Assembly: GCA_951406725.2 (NCBI GenBank)
Contig: OX597818.1
Location: 82,770,001-82,834,000 of the forward strand
DNA length: 64,000 bases
Reading direction: 5' to 3'
DNA from: Octopus vulgaris
Taxonomy: Eukaryota
Part shown: piece after piece, positions 14,925-29,978 of the stretch
Numbering within the stretch: the first letter of the stretch is position 1
How the letters are laid out: each line of letters starts with the position of its first letter
Notes under the pieces: generated by a model
Database searches by the model: none
The model's input: only the letters and a program-made list of their open reading frames with translations
What the model was told of the DNA's origin: nothing
Position numbers and translations under genes: made by a program

Positions 14925-15140
14925 GATGACAGAAATTTTGGGGTAAAATTTTGGCATAAGACCAGCAATTTCGTAGTGATTCAGTCGATTTACATTGACT
15001 CCAGTACTCAAATGACAGTTTATTGAACTCGAAAATATTACAGACAAAGTTGCCCATGGCAGAATTTGAACTCAGAATGTAAAACGGACGAAATGTCGCT
15101 AAGCATTTTGCCTGTCGTACTGTCGATTCTTCCCGCTCAA
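14925..15140 (-). mobile_element. Diverged SINE family B
   Basis: gaatttgaactcagaatgtaaa...gctaagcattttgcc matches the family. Confidence 0.7.
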
Positions 15141-16049
15141 CGCCACACACCATGATAGATATTGACAGGTATGCTGCTTGATTACCGTCATGATTATCAT
15201 CGTTTTACAATCAGCTGTGTACATCTATCTTCTCTGTACTCCATTCCTATATAATTCCAGAATTTGTAAGGAGTTCAAGGGCTCATTCTTTATTCATACT
15301 TTCAGAATATACTTTCAGATTGTCTACAACATACGCATGTGTTGGTTTGATGTTAATACCACATGGACCGATTTCATAACTTTTATATTTCATCAGCAGA
15401 TAGAAAACTGGGACCACTGCAAGCATAGAATGCTTCACGGGGCGGATTACTTTGATGAATCATAACCAAATTTTGCTTTATTTTTCAAAGTTAATAACAC
15501 CATTTAATGTATTAAACTAAGTTTAGGTTGGTAGACTACGACGAACTCAGATTGTCCATGGATTTAATTATAGTCTCTTGAAAGGTTACGAAGGTCAGTG
15601 GTAATCATTCGTAGAATTCAGAATAGAATGCTTTCTTGTCGTCTGGACAAAGTACACCCGAACATCTCCAATACCATCGCTCTTGTGACACCGTAGCTTT
15701 GATAATTGCAATTCAATTAGCACATCCCGAAACACTTTTCTGCACAAGTTTCTCTTCAGTGTATTCGTGGCACAAATTCTCTTGTTTTTGACTTATTACT
15801 GAAAATATCAGCCGGCTTTAGGTACGTAAGGATGCCTTTATATACGCATAGATGTTTAAGTCTGTTGGTGCGTATTTACATCAGCAGCTAACTAGCTAAA
15901 GTCATGCGATAAATAAATGTCTATACAGAGGGATATATAAAAGTCTATATATAATGGTGAATATCCACCTGATTCTAAGTATATGTACATATGTATGGAT
16001 GCATATATAAATGTTTATAAAATGAATATGACGATGTCAATACACAGGA

Positions 16050-16088
<39 letters not shown>

Positions 16089-16093
16089 CAGGA

Positions 16094-16148
<55 letters not shown>

Positions 16149-16972
16149 CATGTATATATGAAATTAATTTAGAAGTGTGTGTGATAGACAGACATAGACG
16201 GAAAGATAGATAAATAAATAGATAGATAGATAGATTGAGAGATAAAGGAAGCATGTATATTATGAATATAAGAGAGAGTAAATACATACGCATTAAACAC
16301 ACACACAGACGAATATAAGCACAAATTTAGATGCAAGTATATATGCGAATGAAAACTATATATATACATACAAACACACACACACACACACACACATATG
16401 TATATATATGTATTATGTATGCTTGTATATATATACATATGTATAAAGAAATAAATGTTTCGAATCGTAGGTATATAAATTTATAAATGTATTTCAAAAT
16501 GTAGGTATATATGCAAAAATGCAAACCTGCTAGTACGAATATACACAACTATAAACATCACAATATATCGTATATGTGTGTGGTGTAAATTTTGATATTA
16601 CATCTTCTTTCTCATTCTCTCTCACTCTCGCACGTTCATTCTACTCCCTCTCACTCTACTCTCACTGTTTTGCTGTGTTAGTCGAATTAATTAAAATTTT
16701 CAAATTACATACCAGAGTTACACGATGAAAAAAATGTCAGTTTGCACAACGCAAACTGCGAATGTTCTCAAGTTTGATTAAAATTTCATACACCTAATTC
16801 AACATATTTTCTTTCGTCATATATTACATAAAACACATGTCTTATATTTATGATTCTATATATGTATATGATTTTCATATTTGTCGATACATACATACAT
16901 ATATGTATATATATATATGAATTTTATGGATATATTTGCCTTGAAATATATGTGAATATAATGAACACATAC

Positions 16973-17039
<67 letters not shown>

Positions 17040-17469
17040 CGTACGTACATGTATATACACACAGATATATACGAATATGCATGTAAGTATATATTAAGGC
17101 ATATTTATTCATGTTACTTTATGTTCCAAAGTATGTAAAGCGACATGTATAAATATACCAAATATATAGGCATGTAGTCAACGATACGCACGCACACATA
17201 CACGCGCACACACACGCATACAAACATACACCCACGTACAAAGTCACAATGTCATGCTTGATTGCAAATATATATATATCTATATCTATCTATCTATGTA
17301 TATACATACATATATATATATATATATATACACAAGCATAGATGTATATACATATATATATGTGTGTAAGTACATATATAAGTATATACACACATATATA
17401 TGCATGCAGACACACACATATGTGTATGTATACATGTAAATGTATATATATATATATATCATTACATAT

Positions 17470-17505
<36 letters not shown>

Positions 17506-18041
17506 GTATGTATATATATTGATATCCTTATACATACGTATGTTCCGGTGTGTCACGTAACTACGCCTGCATAAAAGCATACATAATTACAGATACATAC
17601 ACACAAACCGACTCACATACACACACGAAGAGGTACACACTCACACACACACGCATACACCCACATTCATACACATACATACACACATGCACACACACAC
17701 ACGCGTGTCATGCCTGCCTGATATTGCCTGGGAGAAATCAAATACTTCTTTTAAATGAACTTCACAGTAAGTAAACGATATGAACTAAACTCAATAACAA
17801 TATTTTCCTCTCAAATTCTGCAGCTATTTTCATTTCCTGCCTTCCCAGTCATTTAATTTCACGCTCTTGCAAAAGAAAAAAATATGTAAAGCAACAACTA
17901 AAACAAAAAATGATTAAAAAAAAACAACTTATAAATTCGTTTCGAAATTACTTATTCATCTACGCACTTTTAATAAACTGTCAACAAACGGTTATCAACA
18001 AACAATATGTGCGTGTATATAGATATGCATAATGTATGTGT

Positions 18042-18091
<50 letters not shown>

Positions 18092-18193
18092 GCTTATGTA
18101 TGAATATATGCACAGTCGTGTTTAGGCGTGTGCGTGTACGTGTCTAATAATATGGGTGTGTGTATATCTTTATAGTAACAATTATCAACTAAG

Positions 18194-18226
<33 letters not shown>

Positions 18227-18367
18227 TATATATATATATACATATATTATATATAAATATATATATATAAATATGCATACCTACACATATATACATATGT
18301 ATATGTGTATACATGTGTAAATGTGTATATATATATGCATACATATATATATACATGTATGTATAAC

Positions 18368-18399
<32 letters not shown>

Positions 18400-18439
18400 A
18401 AGACAGATATATAGATAGATATATATATAGATAGATAGG

Positions 18440-18506
<67 letters not shown>

Positions 18507-18881
18507 TTGTACATTTATGGAAATGTACATAACTGTGATATGAAATACTTAAGTCTATATTTGTGTTGTTTGTATGCTGATATAAATGTAGATAGTTTAT
18601 ATGTATATATACTTGCATGTATGTGCATATTTAATTACATCTTTTCGCAGATAGAGATCTGCATGTATGTAGACATACAGGGATACAATCACACACACAC
18701 ACACATGCGCACAAATGTATAGTATGAATGCATACGAAATGCCATTTGTTATAAACATGCTTACCATTATAAGTCGGTTATTGTTATCAAGTTTACTGGG
18801 TCTTAAACACTTTATTTGCTAAATGATAAGTTATTTCATTCTAAGTTATTTCAATAATTTGCACACACGCTTACATACACA

Positions 18882-18955
<74 letters not shown>

Positions 18956-19108
18956 TACTTATACATACGATTATATGTATATTTATGTATAAACATATAT
19001 TCTTCACCTATTTGTGTAACTAATACATACATACATACATTTATATATATATATATATGTGTATGTTTATAATTGTATGTGTATGTATGTAAATATATAC
19101 ATACACAC

Positions 19109-19175
<67 letters not shown>

Positions 19176-19547
19176 AATGTATGCGTATGTATGTAAATAT
19201 ATATATACATACATATATATATATATATATGAATGTGTGCGTATGACTGCATAAGTATATGTACGTCTGTTTGTCTCTATGTGACGTTGAATGTTCGTTC
19301 GTGCTTGTAGTTATTTATGTAGTTTTCACTCTCCGTTTCTCGATATATGTGTGTGTATATGCATACACGCATACATACATGCATGTATATGTATGTGCGC
19401 GCGCGCGTGTATGTGTGTGTGTAATAAAATATACGTGAACAAACATGTCATAAGCCTACGCATATTCATATGAAAATTGCTCTGTATCATCGTCTCTCAT
19501 CTATTATACATACATACACATACATACGCACACACATATATATATGA

Positions 19548-19615
<68 letters not shown>

Positions 19616-20116
19616 GTACACACGTATTTGTGTTTATTTGAATATATGAATATATATATATGAATATATATAAGGACGTGTGTCCCTGGAAATATTGTAA
19701 AACTATAAAATAAAATAAAATGATCGAGGTGAAAACTAAATGAAAACGAAGAATTTGATAAGTAAATATTTCTGCAAGATGTATACATGCAGAACGGTAT
19801 ATTTGTTCATTTTTCAATATATTTTCCTTTTTGTTTTCCACTTTCTGTATATTATATATATATACATATATGTATATATGTATGTATATGATGTTATATT
19901 ATATTTATCTCCCTTTACTCTCTACTTCTTATTTTCCCTTCTGTAATTTTTTTTTTTTTTGCGGCCATCATAAAACGTTCTTTCTGTCTCTTTTTAAACA
20001 AATATTAGATTAAAGATAGAAATAATCAAAACTAAAGTAGGCTACAGATAATAACTGCTCTAAATTGGTCTGTATATGAAATTTTATTAAAAACTAACGA
20101 AAACAACAACAACATA

Positions 20117-20196
<80 letters not shown>

Positions 20197-20387
20197 CAAC
20201 AATAACAACGGCAGCAACAACAACAATAATAATATCGACAAATAAATATATTTCATTCGTTTGAGAGTTATGAATGTTAGCGTTAGAATACTACAAGTTG
20301 TACATAGGCATACATTTTCATCATACACTCACACATGCACATAGGAATACTTCAATCCATATTCATATATACATACACACACACACA

Positions 20388-20434
<47 letters not shown>

Positions 20435-20747
20435 GCACAAAAAAATATACGCACACATATATATATGCATGTATATATATATATGAATACAAACAAGTGT
20501 ATGTATGCATATATATATACGTATATAAATGAACACATTGAATATATGTATGCATACATGCACACATGCATACATTCATACATACATACATACATACATA
20601 CATACATACATACATACATACATACATGCATACATATATAAATACGTACATACATAAATATAGGTTTTTGTGTGCATGTATGTGTGAATCTTCGTACATA
20701 TCTGTTTCTCTCCGTCTATCAAGCTGACTGTCTATTCTTCTATCACA

Positions 20748-20843
<96 letters not shown>

Positions 20844-21387
20844 GTCTATCTATCTGTCTATCTATCTGTCTGTCTGTCTGTCTGTCTATTTTTCCGTCTA
20901 TAACTACATGGTTTTGTGTTCAGTTCCACTACGTGGTACACTCGTCAACAGACTTCTATTCGAGCTCCTGATCCACCTAATACTTGTGAGCAGGTTGAAT
21001 AGACGGAAACTGAAAGAATTCCTATATAAATATATATATGTATATGACTGTGTGTGCAGTTGTGCGGAGGGGGTGTTGCGCGCGTTGGTATATTTGTTTT
21101 ACTTTTGTATTTCGTTCCGTATCATCTTTTGAGAACCGGTTTGGGTTTGTTTACATTACTGTAATTCATCGGATAGCAAAAAGAGCCCGATAAGATAATA
21201 GCAGACTTTTAAAAATGAGCCTCAGCGTTATGCCTGAAGCAAGCAATTCCGTTTGAAACGTAAAAGACTTTCACAATTTCCCGAGCGCCAACTCTTTGTT
21301 GTTCATACACCTGTCTTCGTCTTCGTTTTTCTGTAAATTTCAACTACATATACATACATAAAAATATATATATATATATATATATAA

Positions 21388-21570
21388 ATGCGCTCTTTTC
21401 TATGGCGTATGTGTTCCCCAGCTGGACGGGAGGCCAGTCCATCGCAGCGTTACTCACTTCTGCTAGATGAGTGGACTGAAGCAACGTGAAATAAAATGCT
21501 TTTCTCAAGAACACAACGCGTCGCCCTGTCCAGGAATCGAAACGTCAGTCGTACGATCTTACGATCATGG
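21388..21570 (-). mobile_element. Mosaic SINE (family D middle, family C tail)
   Basis: Shares ttgcttcagtccactcatct with 9757-10082 and 29979-30306, and gagtaacgctgcgatggactggc...cgtccagctggg with 33404-33702. Confidence 0.65.
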
Positions 21571-21595
21571 TGCTGACATATTTATATATATGTTG

Positions 21596-21825
21596 ATTCG
21601 CTAGCTTTTGCACGCATATTTTTTTCTCTCCTTCTTTCTGTGTTTTTTTTCTCTGTGTATCTTTCTGTTGAAGGGCGTAGGCTCGAAACGTTAAAGACTT
21701 GTTTCATTTATATTTCCTGAGCGCCATACTAATACAATTGTTTGTTTGTATTCCACCTGCCTTCGTCTTTTGTTTATTTCCGTAAACCTGCCTTCGTCTT
21801 TTGTCTATTTTCATAAAGCTTACCG

Positions 21826-21826
<1 letters not shown>
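21596..21826 (+). mobile_element. Short HHR-bearing element, family H2
   Basis: Reverse-complement match to 2404-2603 and 62697-62882. Ends at (TA)n. A partial copy lies at ~21250-21345. Confidence 0.75.
21660..21697 (+). ncRNA. Minimal type I hammerhead-like motif, CUGUUGA core
   Basis: tcttt-CTGTTGA-A-GGGC-gtag-GCTC-GAAA-cg-TT-aaaga: 5-bp stem I, 4-bp stem II, palindromic ACGT stem III. Confidence 0.6.
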
Positions 21827-21859
<33 letters not shown>

Positions 21860-22419
21860 GCGCGCACACACACATTGAGTAAAGTGAGTAACACAGTAGA
21901 TGAGAAAATAGTACTATTCTTGTGAATCTCTGTGTTACGTGTTTTTGAATGGGTTTGCATGCCGTTGCGTAAGTGTGAGCATGTGTGCTGACTAGAATTT
22001 CCGACACGGTTTCCGAATTACTGGAGCATACTTGAAGACAACAAATGCAATATTGCAAATAATATTATGATATACGCTTTATGTGCCAATGCCCTATATC
22101 ACTAGAGAAAATAGACGTATACCTTTCATTTGCATCCTTTCATATTTAATGTTATATTCGCAGATTCGTCTTGCCTTGAAATCGTTCGGGGAATTGGGAA
22201 CTTTTTCTTTCATTCTAATTACTTATTCCCTCCTTTATAAATATAATTTTGTGCCAGAGTGAAGTGTGATCATTAACGCACGTTTCACTATGTTGGTAGT
22301 TGTATTTTTTATATGGAAATTTAATCATTTGATATAAGCAAATTGTCGTTGCCTGCTTATTGGCTTCAAATTTTTGGCAGAAGGCAAGCAATGTCGAAGA
22401 AGGAGATAAGTCGATTCTT

Positions 22420-23010
22420 TTCTACTCTAGCCACAAGACCCAAAATGTTAGGGGTGGGGTGGAGTGGGGACAGTCGATTTGATCGTCCCCACTACGCAAC
22501 CGGTACTTATTTAATCGACCCCGAAAGGATGAAAGGCAAAGTCGACCTCGGTGGAATTTGAATTCAGAACGTAACGGCAGAGGAAATACCGCAAAGCATT
22601 TCATCCGGCGTACTAACGATTCTGCCAACTCGCCGTCTTCTTTGCTTTGATTATATTATCTCTTTGCATATACATATACCACTGTTTTGTATACCGTTTA
22701 TTGTATAGGTAGAGTTGATTATATTTCAGTATTGGTTTCAAACTTTGGCGCAAGGCCAGCAATTTCAGGAGAGGGGATACATCGATTACATCGATCCTAA
22801 TACTTAACTGGTTCTTACTTATTATATTTTAACTGGTACTTATTTATTATATTTGATCGATTAGATCGACCCCAGTACGCAACTGGTACTTAATTGTTCG
22901 ACTCTGAAAGGATGAAAAGCAAAGTCTACCTCGGCGGAATTTGAACTCAGAACGTAATGACGGACGAAATGCCGCTGAGCATTTCGTCCGGTGTGCTAAG
23001 GTTTCTGCCA
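22420..23010 (-). mobile_element. SINE family B, two copies (22420-22636 and 22735-23010)
   Basis: Conserved gaaaggatgaaa...cctcgg...ggaatttgaa...cagaacgtaa block in both. Confidence 0.85.
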
Positions 23011-23041
23011 GCCTTATAATATTCAAACATTGTAAATAAAT

Positions 23042-23560
23042 ATACGAGGTGTACTCCAGAGATTTTGAGATTTATTTTAGAAGAGACAGTTATAACTGCT
23101 GTAGATTACTGTAATTTAAGTATATCATTACCATACATCGAAGAAGCTGAGCGGCCAACTTTTGTCATACCAGATTTGAGACAGTTGTAACAGCCCTTTG
23201 AACATATGCTACTCATCACTGCATCTCACAATCTCCATCACCTTCTTAATGTCTTCAAAACACCTGACCTCAGGTTTTCCATCAGCTTGTGGAACAACCA
23301 AAAGTCACAGGAAGTATGGTCTGGAGTGTAGGGAGGGCGAGGGACAACCAACATCTCTGTCAAGTTGTTGATTACCGGGTTTCTCGACACCCTGGGAGCA
23401 AACTTTATACAAATTTTGCACATTTTCAGATCTTCATGAAGAATTCTGTGTACATTTGTCACAACGATTCCAAACTGTATGTTTATTGTCATTATCAACA
23501 CACGACGCTCTTCCAGAAAACGCAAATTTTATCAAGTATCTTTCCCTCCCACAATTCTCA
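23042..23560 (-). mobile_element. Decayed, internally deleted mariner transposon
   Basis: Translation contains ILHEDLKMCKICIKFAPR (cf. WVPR motif) and PRPPYTPDHTSCDFWLF (cf. HPPYSPDLAPCDFWLF). A TA-CGAGG terminus lies at ~23042. Confidence 0.85.
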
Positions 23561-23606
23561 TTGTATCTCACCTCTCTCTACAATCCTCGTAATTCTAAGG
23601 CAACAC

Positions 23607-23778
23607 AGGCGCAGGAGTGGCTGTGTGGTAAGTAGCTTGCTAACCAACCATATGGTTCCAGGTTCAGTCCCACTGCGTGGCATCTTGGGCAAGTGTCTTC
23701 TGCTATAGCCCCGGGCCGAACAATGCCTTGTGAGTGGATTTGGTAGACGGACACTGAAAGAAGCCTGTCGTATATATG

Positions 23779-23811
<33 letters not shown>

Positions 23812-24025
23812 TTGTGTGTGTGTGTTTGTCCCCCTAGCATTGCTTGGCAACCAATGCTGGTGTGTTTATGTCCCCGTCACTTAGCGGTTCGGCAAAAAGA
23901 GACCGATAGAATAAGTACTGGGCTTACAAAGAATAAGTCCCGGGGTCGATTTGCTCGACTAAAGGCGGTGCTCCAGCATGGCCGCAGTCAAATGACTGAA
24001 ACAAGTAAAAGAGAAAGAGAAAGAG
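23607..24025 (+). mobile_element. SINE family A, full length
   Basis: tRNA-like head (tggctgtgtggtaag; ggttcagtcc), ttgggcaagtgtctt block, internal TA/TG microsatellite, tail aatgactgaaacaagtaaaagag. More than 10 related copies in the window. Confidence 0.9.
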
Positions 24026-25587
24026 AACCGACATGTTATGATGGGCAATTTAACATGCTGGCAAATTTACTGGTGTCGGGCCAAATTAATGAGTGGAAAG
24101 CAGATTAAAAGTATTCTCTTGGCCATTAGGTTGATGGGGTTCCGTGTTAGCCTTCTCACCCTTTAAAAACTACACCTGTTCCAAAAAGGTTGACGATAGA
24201 ACCAAAGTATATGTCATAGTTTGGGAATGTCGGATTAGGAGAAAGTGGCAGACGCATGGCAAAGTTAAATGGTGGGGAAATTCACGATGCTTTAAAACGC
24301 TGGAGAATACGAAAGACTGGGGATAAATTTGGTGCCGGTTCAAATTAATGAATGGAAATTAGATTAAAAGTATTTTCTTGGCCAGCAGGATAAATGGTGG
24401 GGAAATTGAAGATGATTTACACCACTGGAGGATACGAATGTCTGAGGATGTGATCATTGCCAAGGAAAGAAGAAAGCAGGTGTCTTTTATTCGATGCATT
24501 AATGTCAACAACGGGACAATATAACTAGAAAAGGAAAGGAGAAACTATTAAAATATACATGTGTGAGCCCCTTAGCATGGTCGTTGATACAAAGGGAGGT
24601 AACTCTATGCTCATTATGTGATTACAAATTTGATTTTGAAAGGAAAAATTCTGAGGACGACACAAAGAATTGACATATTTAAATATATAATTTAATATTT
24701 TTATATCTAGGTCGAAGTTCGAACAAGATATTAAGATATGAGAATATAGATAAGCAGTGGGTCGGAGTTGGAAATAGAAATAATCCCTATCATCATTATC
24801 TTGTTCAAAATGATTATATAAAAAGACAGAGAAGAAGCACGTGATTTACACAAATTATACAAATACAGTGCTACTACGCACTGTACGAACATTGCATCGA
24901 TAATTTTTAATATAATAGTAAACAGCTACAAAGTAAAGCACTGCATAATAAACAAGATCTTAATTAAAAAAAAATTACGAAGTCTTTTTCAATTTATCAT
25001 TCTTTTTTTTTTTCGTTGCTTCTTTTATATTTCATTTTAGCTAACAATATTTTGAACAGCAAATTTAGCAATTTTACAAAACAAATTTGAAGCAGAGAGT
25101 TAAATTTGAAATCTGCAAGTTTCCAAACGTTCCAGGGAGGTGCGAAAACAAAAAAGAAAAAAGAATTAAATAGCAGAAAGCTAATCAAACAAACAAACCA
25201 AAAAATAGAGCAAACAAAAACGCAACAATAGATGTATATGAAGATAACAGGCAACACTTTGCGACCAGTGAAATGTTATCAATTCAGTGTCAAAGATTTT
25301 CTGACTGGAATAGAGATTTTATCCACCTAGCACTTTCACGTCTGCAGAAAAATGGTTACTAAGCAGAATAAACACTTCTTTCTCTCTCACCCACACTCTA
25401 TCACTTTCACACTCTCTTCCTCTCTCTGCATATCTATCAATATGCGTGTTTCAATACACATGCACTCGCGCTTATAGATATGAATACACACACACACACA
25501 AACATATGTATATGTATATATATATGTACATACATGCATACATACATACATATGTATATCGCTTATATCTCGCTTAGTCTTAAACCT

Positions 25588-25840
25588 CTTCTTCTTCTTC
25601 TTCTTCTTCTTCTTCTTCTTCTTCTTCTTCTTCTCCTCCTTCTTCTTCTTCTTCTTCTTTTCTCTCCTCCTCCTTCTTCTTCTTCTTCTTCTTCTTCTTC
25701 TTCTTCTTCTTCTTCTCCTCCTCCTTCTTCTTCTTCTTCTTCTTCTTCTCCTCCTCCTTCTTCTTCTTCTTCTTCTGCTTTTCTCATTCTTTTGCTCTTT
25801 ATCGTTAACATCCGCTCTTGCGGCTGCAAAATGCTGCCAA

Positions 25841-25911
<71 letters not shown>

Positions 25912-25964
25912 CACCACAACCACAACCACCACCACCACCCACAACCACCACCACCACCACCACC

Positions 25965-26011
<47 letters not shown>

Positions 26012-26081
26012 ATCCAACACCACCACCACCACCACCACCACTACTACTACTACTACATCCAACACCACCACCACCACCACC

Positions 26082-26149
<68 letters not shown>

Positions 26150-26150
26150 A
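25588..26150. repeat. (CTT)n followed by (CTA/CCA)n arrays
   Basis: Directly visible. Confidence 0.95.
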
Positions 26151-27092
26151 TTCGCCGCCGCTGCTGTTGCTGCTACCAACATGTATAGCATTTATTCTAT
26201 TCTTCATCATTGTCTCGTTCGTTACCTTTATTTTCCTTTCTTAATTTTCTCCTCTTCTCGTCTTCCTGCTTCCTTTCTTTTAGCTCCTCTCCCTTTAACT
26301 TTATATCGAAATTTCCTTTTGTCTCTCGCCTATTGTTTGCTCTATCTTTTTATACTTGGAAAGGAATTATGGATATAGCACAAACCAGTCAAAAACACTA
26401 GTAAAGCACGTCTGGCGTTACCATAGTCGATGTTTTTATCTAGGGATCATATGTACAACATTAAAAATAAGATAAAACAACTGCACCAACAATGATAAAA
26501 ACAATGATATTTTTACCGCTATAGACCTCAAAACTTTGAGGTTACTATAAAACGTGGGGATTTAACACTAGTTCTTTTACATCCAATTTTATGAATTTAA
26601 ATGGCAGCAACGAGTAACGATAAATATACAAATAAGACAAAGTAGTCTCAGAAAAGGATATTTGTCTCTATGTAAATAGAAACTAGAAGATAACTGCACA
26701 GAAAAAGAAAATATTTAATCATGAACAAAGCAGTAGGAAAAAGCGATTAAATTTCAAAATATACCGAAGAAATAAATTGAAAGAAAAATAAATCCGTGCT
26801 AGAAATAAAGTCTGAGTGAAATAAAACAATGTACTATGGCTTACATATGCTATGATCCATGACTTTGTCTTCATTGATGTCATCTGAGGTAGGTCTTTCC
26901 AGACTGAAACCGAAGATAACTTTAGAAATAAAATCTAGAAGAGGAACAAAAATCCGTGTCCTCTAATAGGCATATTCAACATTACAAAATACGTCCATAA
27001 AACACACATGTTAGAATTTCTACATATTAATTAAATTTCTGTTAGAACAACGAATGTTTAGAGAGAAAAATACAGACCAACAAGTTTTACAT

Positions 27093-27705
<613 letters not shown>

Positions 27706-27771
27706 AAATTTTACACCTATCCACATCCTTTTGTGAATATGAAAGCACAAGATAAACACATTGCTATATCC

Positions 27772-27984
27772 TTTTCTACTCTAGGCACAAGGTCCGAAAT
27801 TTTGGGTGAAGTCGCCAGTCGATTAGACTGAACTCAGTATGCAACTGGTGCTTGATTTATCGACCCCGAAAGGATGAAATGCAAAGTGAACTTCTGCGGA
27901 ATTTGAACTCAGAACGTAAAGACAGACGAAATCCCACTAAGCATTTCACCCGACTTGCAAAAGTTTCTGCCAGCTCGCCGCCTT
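27772..27984 (-). mobile_element. SINE family B
   Basis: Full-length match to the reverse complement of the family. Confidence 0.88.
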
Positions 27985-28122
27985 CAATACATTGATATAT
28001 TAACAACACGATGACATGCCACACTAAAATCCCCACATACTAACAGGAAATAACCAAATACAATAAACGAATATAAACAGGAATTAAGCTAAAAAAACAA
28101 CAACGACAACAAGTAAAGAAAG

Positions 28123-28512
28123 TGGAGCTGGCAGAATCGTTAGCACACCGGGCGAAATGCTTAGCGGTATTTCGACTGCCGATACGTTGAGTTCAAATTC
28201 CGCCAAAGTCGACGTCGCCTTTCATCCTTTCGGGGTCGATAAATTAAGTAGCAGTTACGCACTGGGGTCGATATAATCGACTTAATCCGTTTGTCTGTCC
28301 TTGTTTGTCCCCTCTATGTTTAGACCCTTGTGGGTAATAAAGAAATAGGTATTTCGTCTGTCTTTATGTTCTGAGTTCAAATTCCGCCGAGGTCGACTTT
28401 GCCTTTCATCCTTCCGGGGTTGATAAATTAAGTACCAGTTGCATACTGGTGACGATCTAATCGACTGGCCCCTCCCCAAAAATGTCGGGCCTTGTGCCTA
28501 GACTAGAAAAGG
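28123..28512 (+). mobile_element. SINE family B dimer (Nin/Deu-domain-like)
   Basis: Head gagctggcagaatcgttagc...gagttcaaatt. The block gcctttcatcctt..ggggt.gataaattaagta occurs twice and resembles the Nin domain of metazoan SINEs. Confidence 0.88.
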
Positions 28513-29978
28513 ACCAACTAAAACATACCACCTACTAACATACTTTTGTGAACCACTAAAACATTAAAAAAACAATTGACACACCCATTTACCCAGATTT
28601 TAAATACGGATCTAAACTTCCACCTTTGACCTTTGCATTGTCAAAACAAAAGATTAACGCCAATAAAAACAAAAATAACTAAAGCTACTAGCAAATGCTA
28701 GACATGTCTGCATCCTTTTTATGAACCAGTAAAAGGTATTGTCATGACCCGAAGTGGTGACACATAAATATAGACACCTAAATAAAAAGTTCTATACACA
28801 TGAACAATAATACAACTTCAAACTTAATCAATAAAAACTTCTCTAAAACACCTATCACAACCCATTCTTCAACCTAATGAACACTTCACTCAAATCCACA
28901 TACACAAGGAAGAGCTCAACTCAACAAAGACTATATAGAACCAAGATTAACTTCAATGTAATGCATTCCGACGATGGGTTAGGCAGCGAAAACTTCGAAG
29001 TCACTGTCAATAATATTCTTCTTTAAGACTAATGTATTTATTCTCTACAAAAGTATATAGCAACTCATGGGATTAACGTAAAGTTGTTCTTGTTATAAGT
29101 CAACGTAAAAACACACATTTATATATAAATTTGTTTCGACACACGAGCTCACACCAAGAATCTCACAAAAATAATATGAAAACGAGATTTCATAGCTCTT
29201 AACATTTTCAAGATGGAAATTCCTCCCTCTAACTCTCTCTCGACCCCTTTCATTCTCTCTAGAGCTCTATCCCTCTCTCTTGACCTTCTCACACTCACTT
29301 TCGCTTTTCCTGCCTCACCTGGTTTCAATTATATTCGATAATGTTGATAAAAGTTTGGCCTGACAGGGAGAGCTTTCTACTCAGAGATTTTCACCGACAT
29401 AGTCATCTCATCAGACAGAGGACGGATTATCACGATAACCTTAGCTGACAGACAAATCCGTTCAGTAATTGATAAAAGTAAGTGACATAATACCTGATTA
29501 GTCATTCCTAATATAAGGATCGTACAATGTTATCTTCATAATCGTTCACTGTATGACCATCATCTCTTCTTTCCAGGCGAAGTTAGCCAATGCGTCATTC
29601 ACATTTGTGAAATAGTTGTGCATGATATGAGGAAAATTTGTTTGCTGTTTCTTGCAGATTGACAGGCTGCACCGAAACCATGTACATTGAAATATATCTG
29701 CGCGCGTGTATATGAGTGTATGTGTGTGTGTGCGCGCGCATGCGCGCGTGTGTGTGCGTGTGTGTGTTTGTGCTTGCTAGGTCTCACCGCGAATACTGCT
29801 GTACACTGTGGTCCCCTTATACAAAAGATGATACAACGATGATTGGAAGACCCCCAGAGATGAATCACAGAACATATAGTTAGCATGACATCCCTAGATT
29901 ATTGAGCTCACCTCAAAAAATGGAAAATCTATTCTCCAGGCGAAATAACTCAGAAGATCTCATTGCCACACTTCTAAT

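Noticed and set aside
23578-24108. Recurrent peptides such as [19 protein letters not shown] in several ORFs
   Set aside because: Translation of SINE family A, not a protein family.
25290-25345. Possible minus-strand terminal exon (RESARWIKSLFQSENL*) after tttttctgcag
   Set aside because: Too short to distinguish from chance, with no partner exons identified.
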